Positions 24,082-25,470 of a stretch of 25,470 bases of DNA are shown here, in pieces. Under the pieces are notes generated by a model. That model saw only the letters and a list, made by a program, of their open reading frames with translations, ran no database searches and was not told the DNA's origin. The first letter of the stretch is position 1. Each line of letters opens with the position of its first letter. The DNA is from Candidatus Eiseniibacteriota bacterium. GTDB lineage: Bacteria > Eisenbacteria > RBG-16-71-46. The position numbers and the translations under genes were made by a program. The stretch covers positions 1-25,470 of the forward strand of contig JBGAOA010000064.1 of the NCBI GenBank assembly GCA_044222065.1, written 5' to 3'.

Positions 24082-25047
24082 TTGACGACTTCGCGCCGTG
24101 CCGCGTTCGCGTCGCTCGCGCTCACCTTGCTATTCACGTCCCCGGCCCACGCGTTCGGTCGCGAGGGCGTCGTCGCGGTCGCCGCGCGCGTGCTCGCGGG
24201 CGGCGCGGCCGAGGCCGAAGCCCGGCACGAGGCCGCGTGGATCCGCGCGCTCGAGGATCCCGAGGCGTTCGCGGCCGACCATCGCGGCGAGGCGGACGCG
24301 CCGGAGCTGCTCGTGGACGAGGACGCCGCACGCGTGTCCGGTCGCGCGCCGCTCGTGCTCGCGGCCTCGGCGGACGCGCTGCGCCGCGCGCTCGAGGCGG
24401 GCGATGCCGCGGCGGCGGGCGCCGCGAGTTTCGCGCTCGCGTGGGCGGCCGTGGACCTCGCCGATCCCTTCCTGACCTCGGGCGCCGAGGACGAACCCGG
24501 CGGGCTCCGCGCGCGCCTCTCGGAGCGCGTCGCTCCCGAGGCGCTCGGGGTGCTCGAGCCCGGCGAGCCGGCGCCGATCCCGCCCGCGGAGGCGCTCGAT
24601 CGCGCGATCGCGTTCGCACGGTCGAGCGGCGCGCGACGCGCCGAAGCCGAATCGCTCGCACGCGACGGCGAGCCGGCCGCGATCGCGGCGTTCCAGCGCG
24701 AGCGGCTCGCCGCGGCGCTCGGTTTCGCGCGCGCGCTCGCGAGCGGTGCGGCCGCAAGCGCGGCCCCCGCGGCGTCGCGCCCGGGGCTCTCGGCCGAGCC
24801 CAATCCCGCGCGCGGCGCGACGACGCTCGTGTTCGCGCTCGAGCGCGCGTGCGCCGTGCGGCTCGAGTTCTTCGACGTCTCGGGCCGGCGCGTCGCGACC
24901 TGGGACGCGGGCGCGCGGCTTCCCGGGCTCCAGCGCGTCGCGCTGCCCGCCGCGTTCGTGGCGCGGCTGCCCGAGGGCGCGGTGTTCGTGCGCGCGGGCG
25001 AACGGCGGGGTGCGGCGAGCGGACGGCTGATCGTCGAGTCGCGCTGA
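24082..25047 (+). CDS. Secreted protein: degenerate S1/P1-nuclease/Zn-phospholipase-C-like domain plus C-terminal FlgD-Ig/T9SS-sorting-like domain
   Basis: Signal peptide RRAAFASLALTLLFTSPAHA, then FGREGV. Internal LAWAAVDLADPFLTS. C-terminal AEPNPARGATTLVFAL..VRLEFFDVSGRRVATW..LPEGAVFVRA. The start codon (TTG) is uncertain. Confidence 0.65.
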   Translation: MTTSRRAAFASLALTLLFTSPAHAFGREGVVAVAARVLAGGAAEAEARHEAAWIRALEDPEAFAADHRGEADAPELLVDEDAARVSGRAPLVLAASADALRRALEAGDAAAAGAASFALAWAAVDLADPFLTSGAEDEPGGLRARLSERVAPEALGVLEPGEPAPIPPAEALDRAIAFARSSGARRAEAESLARDGEPAAIAAFQRERLAAALGFARALASGAAASAAPAASRPGLSAEPNPARGATTLVFALERACAVRLEFFDVSGRRVATWDAGARLPGLQRVALPAAFVARLPEGAVFVRAGERRGAASGRLIVESR

Positions 25048-25054
25048 GCGCCCG

Positions 25055-25070
25055 GGGCACGCGCGTTGCA
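25055..25070 (+). promoter_or_regulatory. Putative sigma54 (-24/-12) promoter upstream of the flippase
   Basis: GGGCACG-CGCG-TTGCA has GG (25056-57), N10, then GC (25068-69). It matches TGGCACG-N4-TTGCW except at the first base and is intergenic. Confidence 0.5.
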
Positions 25071-25220
25071 GCGCGTGGCCGGCGTGAGCGCGCGCCCCGG
25101 TGCATCCCGTTGCGGTGACGACGCGCCCGGCGGGCGGGGGCTTCCTCCGCCGCGCCGGGCCGGTGTTTCCTGCCGGTCGTTCGTGCCGGCGGTCGGAACG
25201 GCCGTCCGCTCGAGGCGCGC

Positions 25221-25470
25221 GTGAGCGGGCTCGCGCGGGGCACGCTCGCGCTGTGGATCGCGATCGGATCCGCCCGGCTCGCCGACCTCGCGTTCGCGGT
25301 CGTGTTCGCGCGCGCGGTCGGGCCCGTTGCGTTCGGCCGCTTCGGCTACGCCGCCGCGTTCGTGCTGCTGTTCTCGATCGCGACCGATGCCGGCCTCACG
25401 ACCGTGTTCACGCGCGAGGTCGCGCGCCGGCCCGCGCGCGCGCGCGCGCTGCTCGCGCGCGGGCTGCGCC
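25221..25470 (+). CDS. Wzx-type polysaccharide flippase, N-terminus (3'-truncated by window)
   Basis: Not in the ORF track. GAGG RBS, then GTG 25221, translating MSGLARGTLALWIAIGSARLADLAFAVVFARAVGPVAFGRFGYAAAFVLLFSIATDAGLTTVFTREVARRP. This fits the AR.LG...FG.F / D.GL.....REVAR pattern of Wzx. Confidence 0.85.
   Translation, partial: MSGLARGTLALWIAIGSARLADLAFAVVFARAVGPVAFGRFGYAAAFVLLFSIATDAGLTTVFTREVARRPARARALLARGLR

Noticed and set aside
25099..25113. Additional sigma54 site GGTGCATCCCGTTGC
   Set aside because: The GG-to-GC spacing is 11 nt rather than the required 10.
21243..25118. 1291-aa ORF as a single giant glycosyltransferase fusion
   Set aside because: After about residue 385 it is Arg/Ala/Gly low-complexity junk overlapping two convincing genes in another frame. 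A missed stop (frameshift) explains it better.
53..25243. Numerous long minus-strand ORFs (e.g. 14899..18642, 8170..10569, 4401..6350)
   Set aside because: These are shadow ORFs expected in very GC-rich DNA with few stop codons. They have no recognisable motifs and lie opposite well-supported plus-strand genes.

Overview
This is very GC-rich bacterial DNA (roughly three-quarters GC by eye, not computed), and every credible gene is on the + strand. A C-terminal PNP...FDVSGRRV Ig-like (FlgD/T9SS-sorting-like) domain suggests an FCB-associated lineage such as Ca. Eisenbacteria, but this is inference only. There are four blocks. (1) The 3' part of a beta-lactamase-family serine hydrolase. (2) A tightly coupled six-gene operon behind a sigma54-like promoter. 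It encodes a hexaheme c7-type cytochrome, a HybA/NrfC-like 4x[4Fe-4S] protein, a HybB/NrfD-like membrane subunit, a heme-c sensor histidine kinase with an 8-Cys domain inserted inside its ATPase domain, a stand-alone receiver, and a membrane-anchored receiver fused to a GcvH-like domain lacking the lipoyl lysine. No catalytic (hydrogenase/molybdoenzyme) subunit and no DNA-binding regulator is present. This is the best candidate for an undescribed redox-sensing/electron-transfer system. (3) A soluble hybrid PAS-coiled-coil-HK-REC-REC-HPt kinase with an exact 11-residue repeat, followed by an MFS transporter. (4) A Wzx/Wzy-type surface polysaccharide cluster: SLBB export protein, chain-length protein, GT2 fused to a glycoside-hydrolase-like domain, two GT4s, WecA-like transferase, O-antigen ligase/Wzy-like protein and flippase. 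It contains several apparent frameshifts and a secreted protein resembling a catalytically dead S1/P1-nuclease/Zn-phospholipase C behind a structured leader. I saw no tRNA, rRNA, CRISPR or mobile element. All family calls come from motif recognition by eye; no searches were run.
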